In this document: one piece after another, positions 1 to 11,929 of the stretch
How the letters are laid out: every line of letters starts with the position of its first letter
Numbering within the stretch: position 1 is the first letter of the stretch
Notes under the pieces: generated by a model
What the model saw: the letters and a program-made list of their open reading frames with translations, nothing else
The model's database searches: none
Told to the model about the DNA's origin: nothing
Position numbers and translations under genes: made by a program
Assembly (NCBI GenBank): GCA_010093745.1
Contig: MU005986.1
Coordinates: 1 to 64,000 of the forward strand
Length of the DNA: 64,000 bases
Direction: 5' to 3'
DNA from: Piedraia hortae CBS 480.64
Lineage: Eukaryota

Positions 1-1750
1 GTTACTAATAATGCGCGTAATATACCGCATATTCACAACAAATCTCTACACTAAATGGGCCAAATGCTGCAAAACATGCGACCGAAAGAGGGTTAAATGT
101 TGCGAGAAATGCGTCCAAAAACGCTGCGAGAGATGACATCCGAAGATCAACCAAGCAGTGGACCAGTGGAAAGTATATCGAAGCATGCCACTGGTATCTT
201 GGGCAGGACTTCACCGTTAGGACTTTGAGTCGTTACTGTGGTCGATCTTTGGATGACCCGCAGAACTGCAATCTGTGCGCGTGGTAAGACTCTTGTTTTC
301 CCTGAGCCAGAACTCCAGTGTGCTAGCGCGTGCTGTCTCAGTGGCAAGCCGCAAGTCTCCCTGGTTGACAAGGTCCATTTGTGGGTGCCATCTTGGACGG
401 CAGATCTTTTCGCCAAACGGGGGTCCAAGAGGGAAAAGATTGCCACCAAATCGGGACCGAAGACTAAGAAGAGCGGAAGATACGTCCGAGGATCAGCCAA
501 GCGCTGCTGCACCATGGGATGAAAAAGACGAAAGGCTGCCGGGACCTGTGAAGTTTACATCGGAGCCTATCATTTTTATCTAGAGAAGGACTACACCACT
601 TGGACTTTGCAGCGCTATAATGGCCGCGCTTTGCATGATCCACGCTTTCTAAAGTGATCTAACAATCTTTGCATTTGTGTAAGGGACAGGTGCTGTTGTC
701 TTGTATCTTGTTGCTTTTTACGTCTCTATGTGCCCCAATTGGGCACTGGGCGCTAGAGGGTAGGTACAGTTGTCGCACCAGGGGCAACGGCTTTTTGTCA
801 AAACTAAAATGCCTGCTACCACAACTGAAAGGCACCTCGTCTTTGTTACGGTGCTCAGAGGAAAAGGTTCAATAAGTCCCAATAACGAGGACAATCCAAA
901 CTGCTATCTACTGGGAAGCTAGGATACTATAAATCAATCCAGAAGCGCCGTCCCTTCGCTCGTGGTAGCGAGCGTAACTATGAATAACAAGCACGACGAG
1001 TCGGTGTATCAAATTCCCTGTGCGCTTAGGCGGCGCGGGTCGTCCAGCGCACACACAGCCTCGCCGTAACAGTCGTCACCATCCCTACCAAGGAAGATGT
1101 GCCAAGATCTGGGTCTGTTCATTAATTCATCTTCTCATTCGCCTCCTCGTCTCCCTGCTTCATCCCTTGAGCTCCCCAAAGAGTTCAATATGATAGATCC
1201 TGACGTCAGAAGTACATCATTTCAACAAGACCCATTGACATCCTGTATTTGACCTTGCACTCGCGTCCTCGGCTACACCTGCTAGAGTTTTTCGACGCAA
1301 ATCGACTAATGTAGGAAGAATGAGTCTAAAGACAGGATGTACAAACCACTCTGATAAACGGACTGCTATAACCATCGTTTCCCCTTCGCGTCGTCCAAGC
1401 TCGAGGCTACCCTACAAATACATTGAAACAATCTCTTCTGGCGAAAACTGGTGCGGAGTTATCCTCAAGCGTATAATGCCAGTTCATGAAGAATTAGATA
1501 ATGAACACGATCAGAATGTTGTTTCTACCGCAGAAAATGGGGATACCTTTAAACCTGTTATACCACCACTCCACCGTTCTGAACGTACAAGGATATCCTT
1601 CGTAACAGCGAACAGTTCGCCTTCAACGCTGCCAAGCCACAAATGCTCCACAAACCCTGCCATTCCGATCAGCTACGCTCTCACTATAAAATACAGATAG
1701 AAACACATTACAACATAGGGCTTAGTGTACAATTCACAACGCATTATTAT

Positions 1751-4700
1751 CTACACCTCCCCACCCTGTCCCTCCTCCCCAACCCCTTGGGTTTGCTCAT
1801 TCTCCTTTCCTCTCCAGGTTTCCGTAACTTCCTTCTCAAAACAACAATACCACCACTCCGTCGAGTTATACGCCACCTTCCTACCTTCAGCATGTGTATA
1901 CTCCTCCGGATCCGCAACTCCCGTTTCAACCATCCAGTCAAGCACCATCTGCGCCTCCCACTCCCACAGCTTCCCATCATGAGCCTTCTCGACCGCTGAC
2001 GCGGTCATGAACTGTCTCCACACGACGAGATGCAGGACGGACCTCAGCACAGCCTCCCATAGTTCAACGTCTAGGGAACCATTGACGTCGACCCAGAGGG
2101 GGATGCGTTGCTGGCCTTGCTCCTCCGGAATTGAAGTTGCGGGGGCAAGGGGTACGGGGACGGCTCTCAAGCCATGATTAGGATTGAACCCCTCTTTGCG
2201 GCAGAAAACGGTGGGAAACTGCAGTCGTGCCTGCGCTTTCTGTGAATTGTAGAGGTTCTTGGTTTCGTCTACGCCCCAGATGCCGAAGCGGGGGTATGGG
2301 GCATGTGGGTCGTCGTTGCGAGGCGGTAGCTGTGCTTTTACTTCGACCATTTCCTGTGATGAAAGGTTCGTGAGGACGATGATGTCTGCTGATGTCATGT
2401 GTTCGTGGTAGTGGAGCTCGGTGTGGGTTGAGAAGTGGGCATTGATTCTTGCTCGCGCGGCGGAGATGTTTGCAAAGTAGGGTCCTTCGGACTTGGGCCA
2501 GCGGTCTAGATTTGTTTTGACGGATTTGTGGAGTGAATAGTTTCGTCCGGGCTGGTGTCGGCCTTTTTTATCGTGATGGAGGATCTGCTTTTCTTGCAGG
2601 TAGCTGAGAGCGGCGGCGACTTTGGGGGACTCAAACATTGCCAGTTTTGACATGGCTACGTTTTCGTCCCATGCTTCCGTTTTGGTCACGCAAATTGCGC
2701 GACAGTAGGATAGGAGCAGCGGAGAGTGTTCATCTGGTTGGGGTCGCTTAGGCATGGGGACGCTATGTAGCAGAGTAAGTGCGGTCTGAGCACGACGCAT
2801 GTCCACGGCTTTCGAGTGAAAGACTTCATGGTCTGCTCTAATGGCGGATGCATGAGGACTGGTTGAAAAGCGCGAGTGGAATTCTTCAGTTGTTGCAGGC
2901 AGTTTGGCGTAGATTCGATCCTTAGGGGCTGTGGTCTCCATCTTTGCCCGAGTTTCTTCTGCAAGAAGCACTGTGTGCTTAGTCCATTGCAACAACAGCG
3001 GCCAGTCCGTATCCTGAGGGCTGTCAAAATTTACAAAGGGCACCTCTCTCTTGCGAGAAGCCTCCAACATTTGTTTCATCAGGGTAGTAACAGCTGCCTC
3101 AAACTCGGGGATGATAACACCGCGAACTGCAAGCCACCTTAGCTTCAACGAGTCTTTCGAGTGCTGGTCCCCGAGAGTCTGCCGGATAAGGTCCCAATCA
3201 TAGTGGTTTTGGTTGTGTCCACCAAACAACAGCCGTACGATTGCAACAGCACAGAACAAATCTTCGTGATCAGGACCGGAAAGCTGCTCTAAAGTGGCAG
3301 ATACTCCTTCTCGCGGAACTGCTGATGTTGCAGCCAGTGAAGGTGGAAATACTGCTTGAGGAGGTGCCTGAAGATTGTCTTCCCGTTCAATCAACCTATA
3401 CCGCCCATGTCCAACGTGCTTGAAATTGCATTCGGGATGCGCTCGGACATGGTCTTTGTCAAAGGTAGGGCCCAAATTACTGGTAGGTGGCAAACCACGG
3501 TGGAGCCGTCGCTGCCTGTAGCCTTCGGGTGCTTTGCCGCGTCGATACCGGCCGCCTCCAACATGGTAAAACTCTTCGGTTGGATGTGCCATGGTATAAT
3601 CTTTGCCATAGAGGGTGCTTTTATCATTCTCGGCCAGCGTCTCGGGAGCTGCATCAAGAACCGGTACTTGAGCTGGGGGAGTGACATGTGAAGAAGCATC
3701 CGGAGGCATGGCTTCTTCTAGGTTGTCTGGGGCTTCCAGAGCAGGATCAATCAACAGGCCTGGGTTACCCGGACCAAGCTCGCGCAATCCCTCATCGTTT
3801 AGGACCTCCAGCGGGGGATGCGCCTCTTCCCCATTCCTAAAGAAAGGGTGATATTCACCCTGACTGAGGTCGGGAAAAAGTGCATCGTCGGCTGGGCGAA
3901 TAGGACTGTAATCAGGGTTGTTTGAGGGTTCGTTGTAGTGATACAATTGCCGATCGACGACAAGGCTGCGTGGTTCATTGTAAGGAAGTATCACTTCGCC
4001 TTCATCATCATTTTGAACCACATCTTTCTCATCATTGTCTTGAGCTGCCTTGTTCTTTCGGGGTCTGCCTCGCCGTTTACGCTTAGGTCTCGAGCTCTCG
4101 TCATCAGCAATCTGTTCCCCCGGCGGCTTAGGCTTGCGGGGAAGGATCCTGGTGGCGGTGCCAGCCAACTGCTGTGCTTCGGCAGTTCGCTGCACTGTAA
4201 GATTTGCGAGCACAGGGAAATCTTGCTTGTATGACCCTATGCGGCGGGGCTCTACAGGAGCCTCAAACGGCTGTTCTTCGGTTGTGGTTAAGTTGGGTGG
4301 GAGATATGGCTCCGGAAAGCTTTCCTTGATCGCATTCTGGAGTTGAAGTACCTCCGGGGAATCTGCCGCAATATCGGGCAATGCAAACATGGTGTGAAGC
4401 TCATTAGTTCCCATCGGTCCCTGGAACGCAAAGGTGATGCTCTTAAGTTTGTCAGCTTCAAGCAAGTTCTTGAGGGCGTCCCCAAAGGTCCGACGATCCG
4501 GAGTCTGGCCATGAGCCTTCTTCCAGGCTGTACAGAAAGGACGGAACAGTTCTTGCTTTCCTGAGAATACGCCATTGCACTGTGTAATGATATCAAGAAT
4601 GACGCTGTAGCGTTGTTTGAGCCAATACTCGCGCACTCTTCGTCCTCTCTCAGCTCGACTTAGGCCAGGTCGGTGAGGTGTTTCCTCAGTACTCCGGATT

Positions 4701-6689
4701 GTAGCATCCTCTGTAGTCTGGGGCGTAGCATCTGTAGCCTGCGTTGTGACATCGCCTGCAGTCTGGACAGTGGCATGTTCTGCAGTTCGCATTGTAACGT
4801 CCTCTGCAGTCTGAATTGTAGCATACTCTTCAGTCCGGGCTGTGGCACCGTCTGCGGCATGGGGTGGAGCATCCTCTGTCTTGGCCGGTGCACCCTCTGC
4901 ATTGACCGAAGCATCTCCTGTAGCCTTGGATGTATCATCTTCTATAGTCTGAATGCCGATATCCTCAGGAATGTGAGGTGTAGCATATGGCAGTACCACA
5001 TCCGGCGTTTCGGCAATAACTGTCTCGGTTCGAGTTGGTGCATAGTCGTCCACCGAGCCAGTTTCTGACGCGCTAGGCACTAATTCCTGGTAGTTTATAG
5101 GCTGGGCGATCCGCCGCCGTCTCCTAGGACGAGACGATTCATCTTGATCATCTTGACCATCTTGACCATCTTGACCATCTGGGTTCTCCTGCCGATTGTC
5201 ATCATCGTGATTTACTCTTTTCCTCTTCTTTTTCGACTGTGGCTCGCTAGGCTCGGGGGGCGGAACATATACCTCCTGCAAATATTCCTTCAGAGTGTCT
5301 GATTTGAATACAGCGATAAGTGCAAGACGAGGTCGGCCTCTGCCGCGGGCAGCGGACCAGTAGTGAGCTTCGCGTGCGCCTGGAGGGTTAATGTAAATGC
5401 CGGGACGAGATTTGGACAATAACTCTTCCTCAACTTGGGCGACTCGGTCGGCAACAGCATCCTCGCCTAGTTCATCTTCATTCTGCTGACACTCATCCTC
5501 CACGATTTGTTGGGCAGTTCTCTTAGCCCAGGCACTAAAATTTTTCCTGTCTTGCTTTGCAGTGGCAAGTTCACGGGGCGGCTTCGGGGGCGGAGGTGTT
5601 TTCTCGACCTGCTCACCATCGGGCACAGGCGGGGCCTCTTTCTTTTTGTGGCTTTTGATTGGTTTACGAGCCTTTCTGGATGGACTTTTCTTGCGTTTCC
5701 GCGGCGTTATCGGCCAGTATTCATCACCTTCAGTAAGTTCTGGGTCAGTAAAATCGCCCAATGCCTGTTCAAGAGTAGTCTTGGGCGCAGACGCTCTTGG
5801 GGGTCGCGGCTTAGATTTCCACAACATCTTGTCCTCCTCTGAAGGCTCTTTCAAGAGCTGAATACAACGGATAAGCTGGCCGTCGCCATCGGTGGCGGTT
5901 ACGCGGCATTTTCTGAGCACGCCGGCATTGCACAGACGACGGATGCAACGCATGAGAGCGCGCGTCTCATATCTGTTGAGATGGAGGTTCAGCCCGACAC
6001 GCAGATCGAGCATAGCAATGATCCAATCGGGCTGCGCTTTCAACAGACGCATAGACTCATCGAACCACGCATCGTAGTTTACAAATGGAGTTTCCTGAGC
6101 ATCGTCTGTGCTGGCAAATTTTGCCAAGGTAAGCAGGCTGGTCTTGCTCTTGTCTGCCAGGACAGTCTTCTTGGTGATGTAGCCACGTTCAGCGAGTTGG
6201 TCTGTCCTCCTAGGAACGGATTGCTTCTGCTGACCGGAGGCTCTGACTAGTTTGGGCTGGATGATGCCCTCACGTCCCTTGGAACCGATGATTCCAAGAA
6301 GGTGATAGCAGAGCGGAGCGACGAGTTTATGGTTCTTGTCGTGGCCGCACAGCGAGTTCCATGCGAGCTTCTCGCTTGCAAAAAAACGCTGGTCGCCATA
6401 TTTTCCCTCACTAACATCCTCTTCCTTTGCAGGTTTCAGTTCGACGTCGGCATGAAAGGCTACTTTGTCGAGAACAGAGTCGATATAGATAGAGTCGAAG
6501 ACGTCTGAGTGGCCCCGCAGAATTGCATCAACCGATGCTCTTAGCTCAGTCGTTGCGCGACCTGTAACAAATTAGATCCGACATGTTTCATGAGAGTTCG
6601 AACTTGCCCCAGGAGCCTGTGACTGCGATTTCTTCGATTAAATGGTCAACCAACGCAGCGGGTATATTTTCAAGGTCAGGCTGTTCCAT
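1751..6689 (-). CDS. TFC3: RNA polymerase III transcription factor TFIIIC B-block binding subunit (Tfc3/Sfc3-like); exon 1 6689-6608, GC-AG intron 6607-6562, exon 2 6561-1751
   Basis: The reading frame stays open upstream of the 1458-aa track ORF and gives the B-block domain motif GIIQPKLVRASGQQKQSVPRRTDQLAERGYITKK. The C-terminus has QRIPLWVDVNGSLDVELWEAVLRSVL and ends STEWWY, typical of fungal Sfc3. N-terminus MEQPDLENIPAALVDHLIEEIAVTG. Confidence 0.8.
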
Positions 6690-6844
6690 GGTCGCTTGGT
6701 CACCAGCTGAATTATGCAAAATCGAATCTTGGGCTTTTGCGGGCTGGGGCGGGGCTGTTATCACATGTGACGCAACAAGGGCGTCAGTGACGCAATACAT
6801 TTGCCCCACCACGCAACCATTAGTCCAGTAATACTTCTTAAGAT

Positions 6845-7705
6845 CTAGCTACGCTGGATCATAGCCCTATATGTTTCAATCGTCTCCCTTCTCGCTCTAC
6901 TTAGCTCCTCCCGTCTCTTTAGACTCCCTGCCGCGGCCGGCACACTGTCCACCCTAACCTTTGCATTGCCCTTCATTTTAAGCTTCTCTTTAGGCAGAGC
7001 CGTAAAAGAGGGCGGGGCATCAACGACATCATGCATGCTCTTTGGGCCAGGCCGTTTCTCTTTCAGCATCTTCCACGGGTCATCTTCATCCCCATCAGTC
7101 CCTCTCTTCCTCTTCCCTTTTCGCGCCGGCAGCGAAGCGACGATACCCTCCCCGTATTTTGCCCGCTGTTCATCTTCCGCCTCCTCCTCCAACTCCTTCC
7201 TCTCCTCCTCCTTCTCTTTCAACCTAGCTTCCTCCTCCCGCCAAGTATCATATAATTTATGCAATCTCCTCTCCGTGCGCGTTTGTCGTTCCTTGACTCC
7301 CTCGATCTGCGGTCCCTTTCCCTTGCGCACGAGTCCCGCAACAGGCAAAGCCTTGTCCACCCGGGCTGAGTAATCACCCATATGCTCACCCGGCAAAGGT
7401 TTAGGGACCTCCACATTGGGTGCAGCATCTATCTTCATCTTCTTTTCCAACATCGCACCATCATCGAGTCCCGAAGGCCTTTTTCCGCTCTGGCTGTACT
7501 CCATAAGCCGGATAAAAGCCTTTGGTGTATCATCCCCATAGCCACCACCACTCTTCCTCTTCCTCTTCCCCGCCTTCCCCAGCCTACTACCTTTCATGAC
7601 AGGTTTACCCTGTTTCCCAAACGTAGACAGTGGCCTCGCCTTAACCGAAGGCTGAAGGTCAAAATCCGCATCATTACGGTGGCGACGCGTGTGCTTATGC
7701 GGCAT
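6845..7705 (-). CDS. Conserved basic/coiled-coil fungal protein of unknown function (probably nucleolar)
   Basis: Likely start MPHKHTRRHRNDADFDLQPS. Motifs DDTPKAFIRLM, PLPGEHMGDYSARVD and DVVDAPP, with a K/R/E-rich coiled coil; single exon. Confidence 0.7.
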   Translation of the reverse strand: MPHKHTRRHRNDADFDLQPSVKARPLSTFGKQGKPVMKGSRLGKAGKRKRKSGGGYGDDTPKAFIRLMEYSQSGKRPSGLDDGAMLEKKMKIDAAPNVEVPKPLPGEHMGDYSARVDKALPVAGLVRKGKGPQIEGVKERQTRTERRLHKLYDTWREEEARLKEKEEERKELEEEAEDEQRAKYGEGIVASLPARKGKRKRGTDGDEDDPWKMLKEKRPGPKSMHDVVDAPPSFTALPKEKLKMKGNAKVRVDSVPAAAGSLKRREELSRARRETIETYRAMIQRS

Positions 7706-7863
7706 TTCTTCTGCTGGTTTCCTGCAGGTTGTTCGGAGTTTGAGAATTTTTAGGAAGGTGCGTCCGGCTGTGGACACGTTTCTTAGCGTCGGGGTTAACC
7801 GAACCAATCACGCTGTTCCGCGATGCAGTACTTCAACGCCATACCAGACACATTTATTGGGCA

Positions 7864-9057
7864 ATGGCGACGAGAAGGATGGCGACGGCTCCGAGGCGGA
7901 TGACGAAGCAGATTGAGAGGAATACGCGATATAGACCCGGAAAAGCGCTCGCAGAGGATGAGGTTACTGATGATGAGGAAGAGGAGGAGGAGGAGGAGGT
8001 AAAGGAGCCGACGCCGCTGCCGCCACCGAAAGTGACGTCGTTTCCTGCTGTGACGAAGGGGGTGGTGGTTAAGCCCGCAGTTGAGGAGAATGACCTCGAT
8101 GGATTTGTGACCGCTTCTTCGTCTGAGGAGGAGGAGGAAGAGGAGGAAAGAGAGGGTTCTTCTGAAGAAGAAGAGGAGGAGGGGGAGGAGGGGGAGGAGG
8201 GGGAGGAGTCTTCAGATGAAGATGAAGAGGAGGAGGAGCAGAAAAAGTTCTTCAAGCCAGTGTTTATGAGTAAAGCGCAGCGAGCAGCTTTGCAGAAGCC
8301 TACTGTATCTTCTGTTGAAAAGGAAGAAGAGCCGCCTAAGGCGGAAAAGATTGATCATATGTTGCAAGAGACCTTGAATCGAGAAGCAGCAGCGCGTGCT
8401 GCACGACGGAAGGAATGGGACGATGTCGACGTTGCCGAAGACGACGTTGATGACCGAGACGGAATCGATCCCGAGGCTGAGTGCGCTGCATGGGAGCTGC
8501 GAGAGCTTAAGAGGGTGCGTAGGGAAAGGCTCGCTATTGAGGAAAAGGAGAAGCTGCGTGAGGAGGTTGAGAGGCGGAAAAATATGACTGCGGAGGAAAG
8601 AGAAGAAGAAGATAGGGCTTTCCTAAAGGCACAGCAGATGGAGAAGGATATAAAGGGCAGGATGGCGTTTCTGCAAAAGTACCATCACAAGGGCGCTTTT
8701 TACCATGATGTCGAGGATGAGGAGGTCAAAGAGGTGCTTAACAGAGACTTTGCGGGTGCGAAGTTCGAGGATGAGGTCGCGGATAAGTCAATCTTGCCAG
8801 AGTATATGAAGATACGGGATATGGCGAAGCTGGGGAGGAAGAGTAGGTCAAAATATAAGGACATGCGGAGTGAAGATACGGGAAAATGGGGCGCTGACGT
8901 GGTGAGGAAGAGGAGGGATGCTGATGATGCGGACTTGGATGATAGGTTCAGGCCGGATGCTGTAAGGGAACAGACGGGTGCTAATGCACTGCCCATAGGT
9001 GAGAAGAGGAGGGGCGCTGACGATGCGAGGAGTGTGAAGAAGATGAGGGTTGATTGA
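7864..9057 (+). CDS. MFAP1: Microfibrillar-associated protein 1 (MFAP1/Spp381-like) spliceosomal B-complex protein
   Basis: Motifs RYRPGKA, KPVFMSK, AWELRELKRVRRER, FLQKYHHKGAFY, DKSILPEYM and GRKSRSKYKDM; acidic tracts. Confidence 0.9.
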   Translation: MATRRMATAPRRMTKQIERNTRYRPGKALAEDEVTDDEEEEEEEEVKEPTPLPPPKVTSFPAVTKGVVVKPAVEENDLDGFVTASSSEEEEEEEEREGSSEEEEEEGEEGEEGEESSDEDEEEEEQKKFFKPVFMSKAQRAALQKPTVSSVEKEEEPPKAEKIDHMLQETLNREAAARAARRKEWDDVDVAEDDVDDRDGIDPEAECAAWELRELKRVRRERLAIEEKEKLREEVERRKNMTAEEREEEDRAFLKAQQMEKDIKGRMAFLQKYHHKGAFYHDVEDEEVKEVLNRDFAGAKFEDEVADKSILPEYMKIRDMAKLGRKSRSKYKDMRSEDTGKWGADVVRKRRDADDADLDDRFRPDAVREQTGANALPIGEKRRGADDARSVKKMRVD

Positions 9058-9121
9058 GCCTTTTGGAATGGACATGACCGCCATGAATTCTTTCGAAAAA
9101 TACGGTGGCATTACTGACGAT

Positions 9122-10805
9122 CTACCAGGAATCAAAATTCCCAAACCCACCGCCCGTCTGTTTCTTCTTCTTCACCGGTTGCTCCGACGCCATCGTTTCA
9201 TCCACCTCCCTCTTTCGATTCAAATACTTTCCAACCTCTACCTCCTCTTCCACAGCCACATCATCCCCACCCACCCTCTTTCCCGTCCACGTATACATAT
9301 CATCCTCCTCCTTCGCCTTTGCCCCTTCCTCCTTCTCTTCTTTTAACCTCAAAAACTCCTCAAACGGATCCTTCAAAACACGAACCTCAACCATGGCACA
9401 GCGTTCCAACGGCTTACTCTTCGCATCAACCTCCAACCTCTCCAGCCGCGCCAGCGTCCCTCCTTCCTCATCCACAACCTTCCCAAAAACAGTATGTTTC
9501 CGATTCAGATGCGGTGCAGGCGCATACGTGATGAAGAACTGGCTCGAATTGGTATTCTTTCCCTTGTTCGCCATACACACCATTCCCCTCGCATTATGCT
9601 TTAGCGGTCCACCCAATTCATCCGCAAACGTCCCGCCCCAGCACGACTCCCCTCCGCGGCCCGTGCCTGTTGGATCCCCGCCCTGGATCATGAACCCTGG
9701 TACGTTCCTGTGGAAGGCGACGCCGTCGTAGTAGCGCCGCTTCGCGAGGGTGAGGAAGTTCCATACTGCCCTCGGCGCGTGTTCGGGCTGTAACTCCAGT
9801 GTTAGTTCGCCGTGGGTGGTTTGGAGGAGGACGTAGGCTGGTGCTTTCACCAGTCGGGGAGTGTTGAGGAGGTATTCCTCACTGGTAAGCTCGACGCGCG
9901 CGTTGGTTGTCGAAGGGGTGAGGCCTGTGGATGTAAACGATGCGGCCGTCTGGCCTGTTGTGTAGTTTGCACGAGGCACGGCTGGGGGTTTGGTAGAGGA
10001 AGAAGAAGAAAGAGGAGGAAGGGCCTTCTTGGTGCATATCCCCTTCTCCCGTTCGGCCTTTCGTCGTGCAGCGGCTTCCTTTGCATGGAGAATCTTCGCA
10101 GCGGAGCCGAGCGAGGCTTCGTTGATCCCCGGCGATGTCTCAGGGACGATGTTATTGCCTTCCTGGACGTGTTTGAATTTGCTGAGGTCTTTGCCCTCGA
10201 CATTCAGCGGGTCTTGCAGCGTAATCAGATCGGACCGCTTGAACTCCTTCTCGCTGACGAGATCGACCCAGTTCTTGGGCTTGACGTTCAGCCTCTCGAC
10301 CGTGTCGTATGCAAACACGTTCCCCGTGGGCCGTATGGCCACAATGTGCGTGTTCTCCGTGAGGACCTTGTTGGTCACGGGGTCAATGTACTGTCCTGCG
10401 GCATTTTTGGCAAAGTGGAGTTTGATGAGGTCGCTGCTTCGCAAGGGCTGTCCGTCCACGGGGTTTGTGCCGTGTTTCTTCACCCATGTTAAGATGTTGG
10501 AGAGATCGAAAATGGTTCCATCTAATGTGCAGACTGGGTGGGTGAACGGCTGTAGAGATGCTGCGCAGTAATTGAAGGGCAGCTTGCGGAAGTTGGAGCC
10601 GATGACCTCGGTTTTGTGCGCATTCGACCCTGCCGATGCGCCGTATGCGTCTTCGCTGGACCATTCGGAGTGGGTTATCTGGATGCTAGTGTTAGTATTG
10701 TAATTTTAGTATTGAGTGAATGGATCGACGTACATACAGCTTATCTGTGCCTGGGAATCGTTAGTAGTTTCTCTGTATTGGTGGGGACTGCTCACCTTTG
10801 CCCAT
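9122..10805 (-). CDS. PPIL2: U-box cyclophilin, peptidyl-prolyl cis-trans isomerase-like 2 (PPIL2/Cyp60 type); exons 10805-10796, 10750-10734, 10678-9122
   Basis: Spliced N-terminus MGKGTDKLYITHSEW is characteristic of the family. Cyclophilin core FHRNVPGFMIQGGDPTGTGRGGES...MANKGKNTNSSQFFITY...HTVFGKV. Confidence 0.9.
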
Positions 10806-10974
10806 GGTTGCCTGTCGCAAAAGGAAGGTTTTGAAAAATGCGCACCAATGAGAACACGGGCTATGTGCACAGACTCTGGGGAAGCTTTATACAGGCAGTT
10901 CTGGAAAGGGCAAATGTGTGACAGCCGAATACAATTGGAAATTGAACGTGTGTACAAATAATACAGCAACCGTC

Positions 10975-11715
10975 ATGGCATCTGCAGACGACGCACCGGA
11001 ACCTGTAAAACGTATGTCTTAAAACCTAGCCCATATTTTTCGAACTAAACGTGGACCCACAGACTCGGCAGAACACAAAGTCGGAGGGCAGGAAATCGAT
11101 GTGCGAACAGCACAGACCCGTCGCGCGGGACGATACGGGCTGCAAGACTACATTACCCACCCAGAAGACTTTCCATCCAGTCGGGTGGTATATTACAACA
11201 CACACTTCACCGTCATACGGGACTTGTTCCCCAAAGCGAGCATACACTGGCTGATTCTGCCGCGCGATCCATTGAAATCCATCACGCGTCCGCAAGAAGC
11301 GTTTGACGACGTAGCCTTTTTGCAGGAATGCCAGGCCGAAGAGCGCAAAGTCCATGCAATGGTCGTGGATGAGCTTGCAAAGATGTTTCCCGGGAGGAGG
11401 GAATGGACAGAGGAAGACGTCAAGTCGGGAATACATGCAAACCCGAGCATGGCCCATCTGCACATCCACGTGTTGAGCGAGGACATGGTGAGCGATTGCA
11501 TGAAGAAGTCGAACCATTACCTCAGTTTTACGACGGACTTTCTGGTTGGCCTTGATCAGTTTCCACTCGAGAAAGATGATTACAGGCGTCATTATGGGCA
11601 ATGGACGACAAATGATATGAAGTGTTGGAGATGTGGGACGAATTTTGGGAATAGCATGGCGAAACTCAAGAGACACCTGCTGATGGAGAAAGAGGAATGG
11701 ATTAAAGAGGGGTGA
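10975..11715 (+). CDS. HNT3: Aprataxin-like HIT hydrolase with C2HE zinc finger; intron 11012-11062
   Basis: Motifs RDLFPKASIHWLILPR, HANPSMAHLHIHVLS (HIT motif), HYLSFTTDF and KCWRCG...LKRHL; the intron restores frame from ATG 10975. Confidence 0.88.
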
Positions 11716-11929
11716 TGGCAGATTCTGTGATTGATTGAGCCGTGGGACTGTTTGTGTACCTCTATATATGTCCATGTCGTGTCCACGAGTTGAGAAACAG
11801 TTGTCCGTGGGAAGATGAGCCCCAAAGCGGAACTCTTCTCGAACATCAACGTGCCGATCATTGTGGGGTAGGCGATGGACCCTGCATCCATACCCTGTCA
11901 CCCAACGTCGCGACATTGACAATCGCGCC

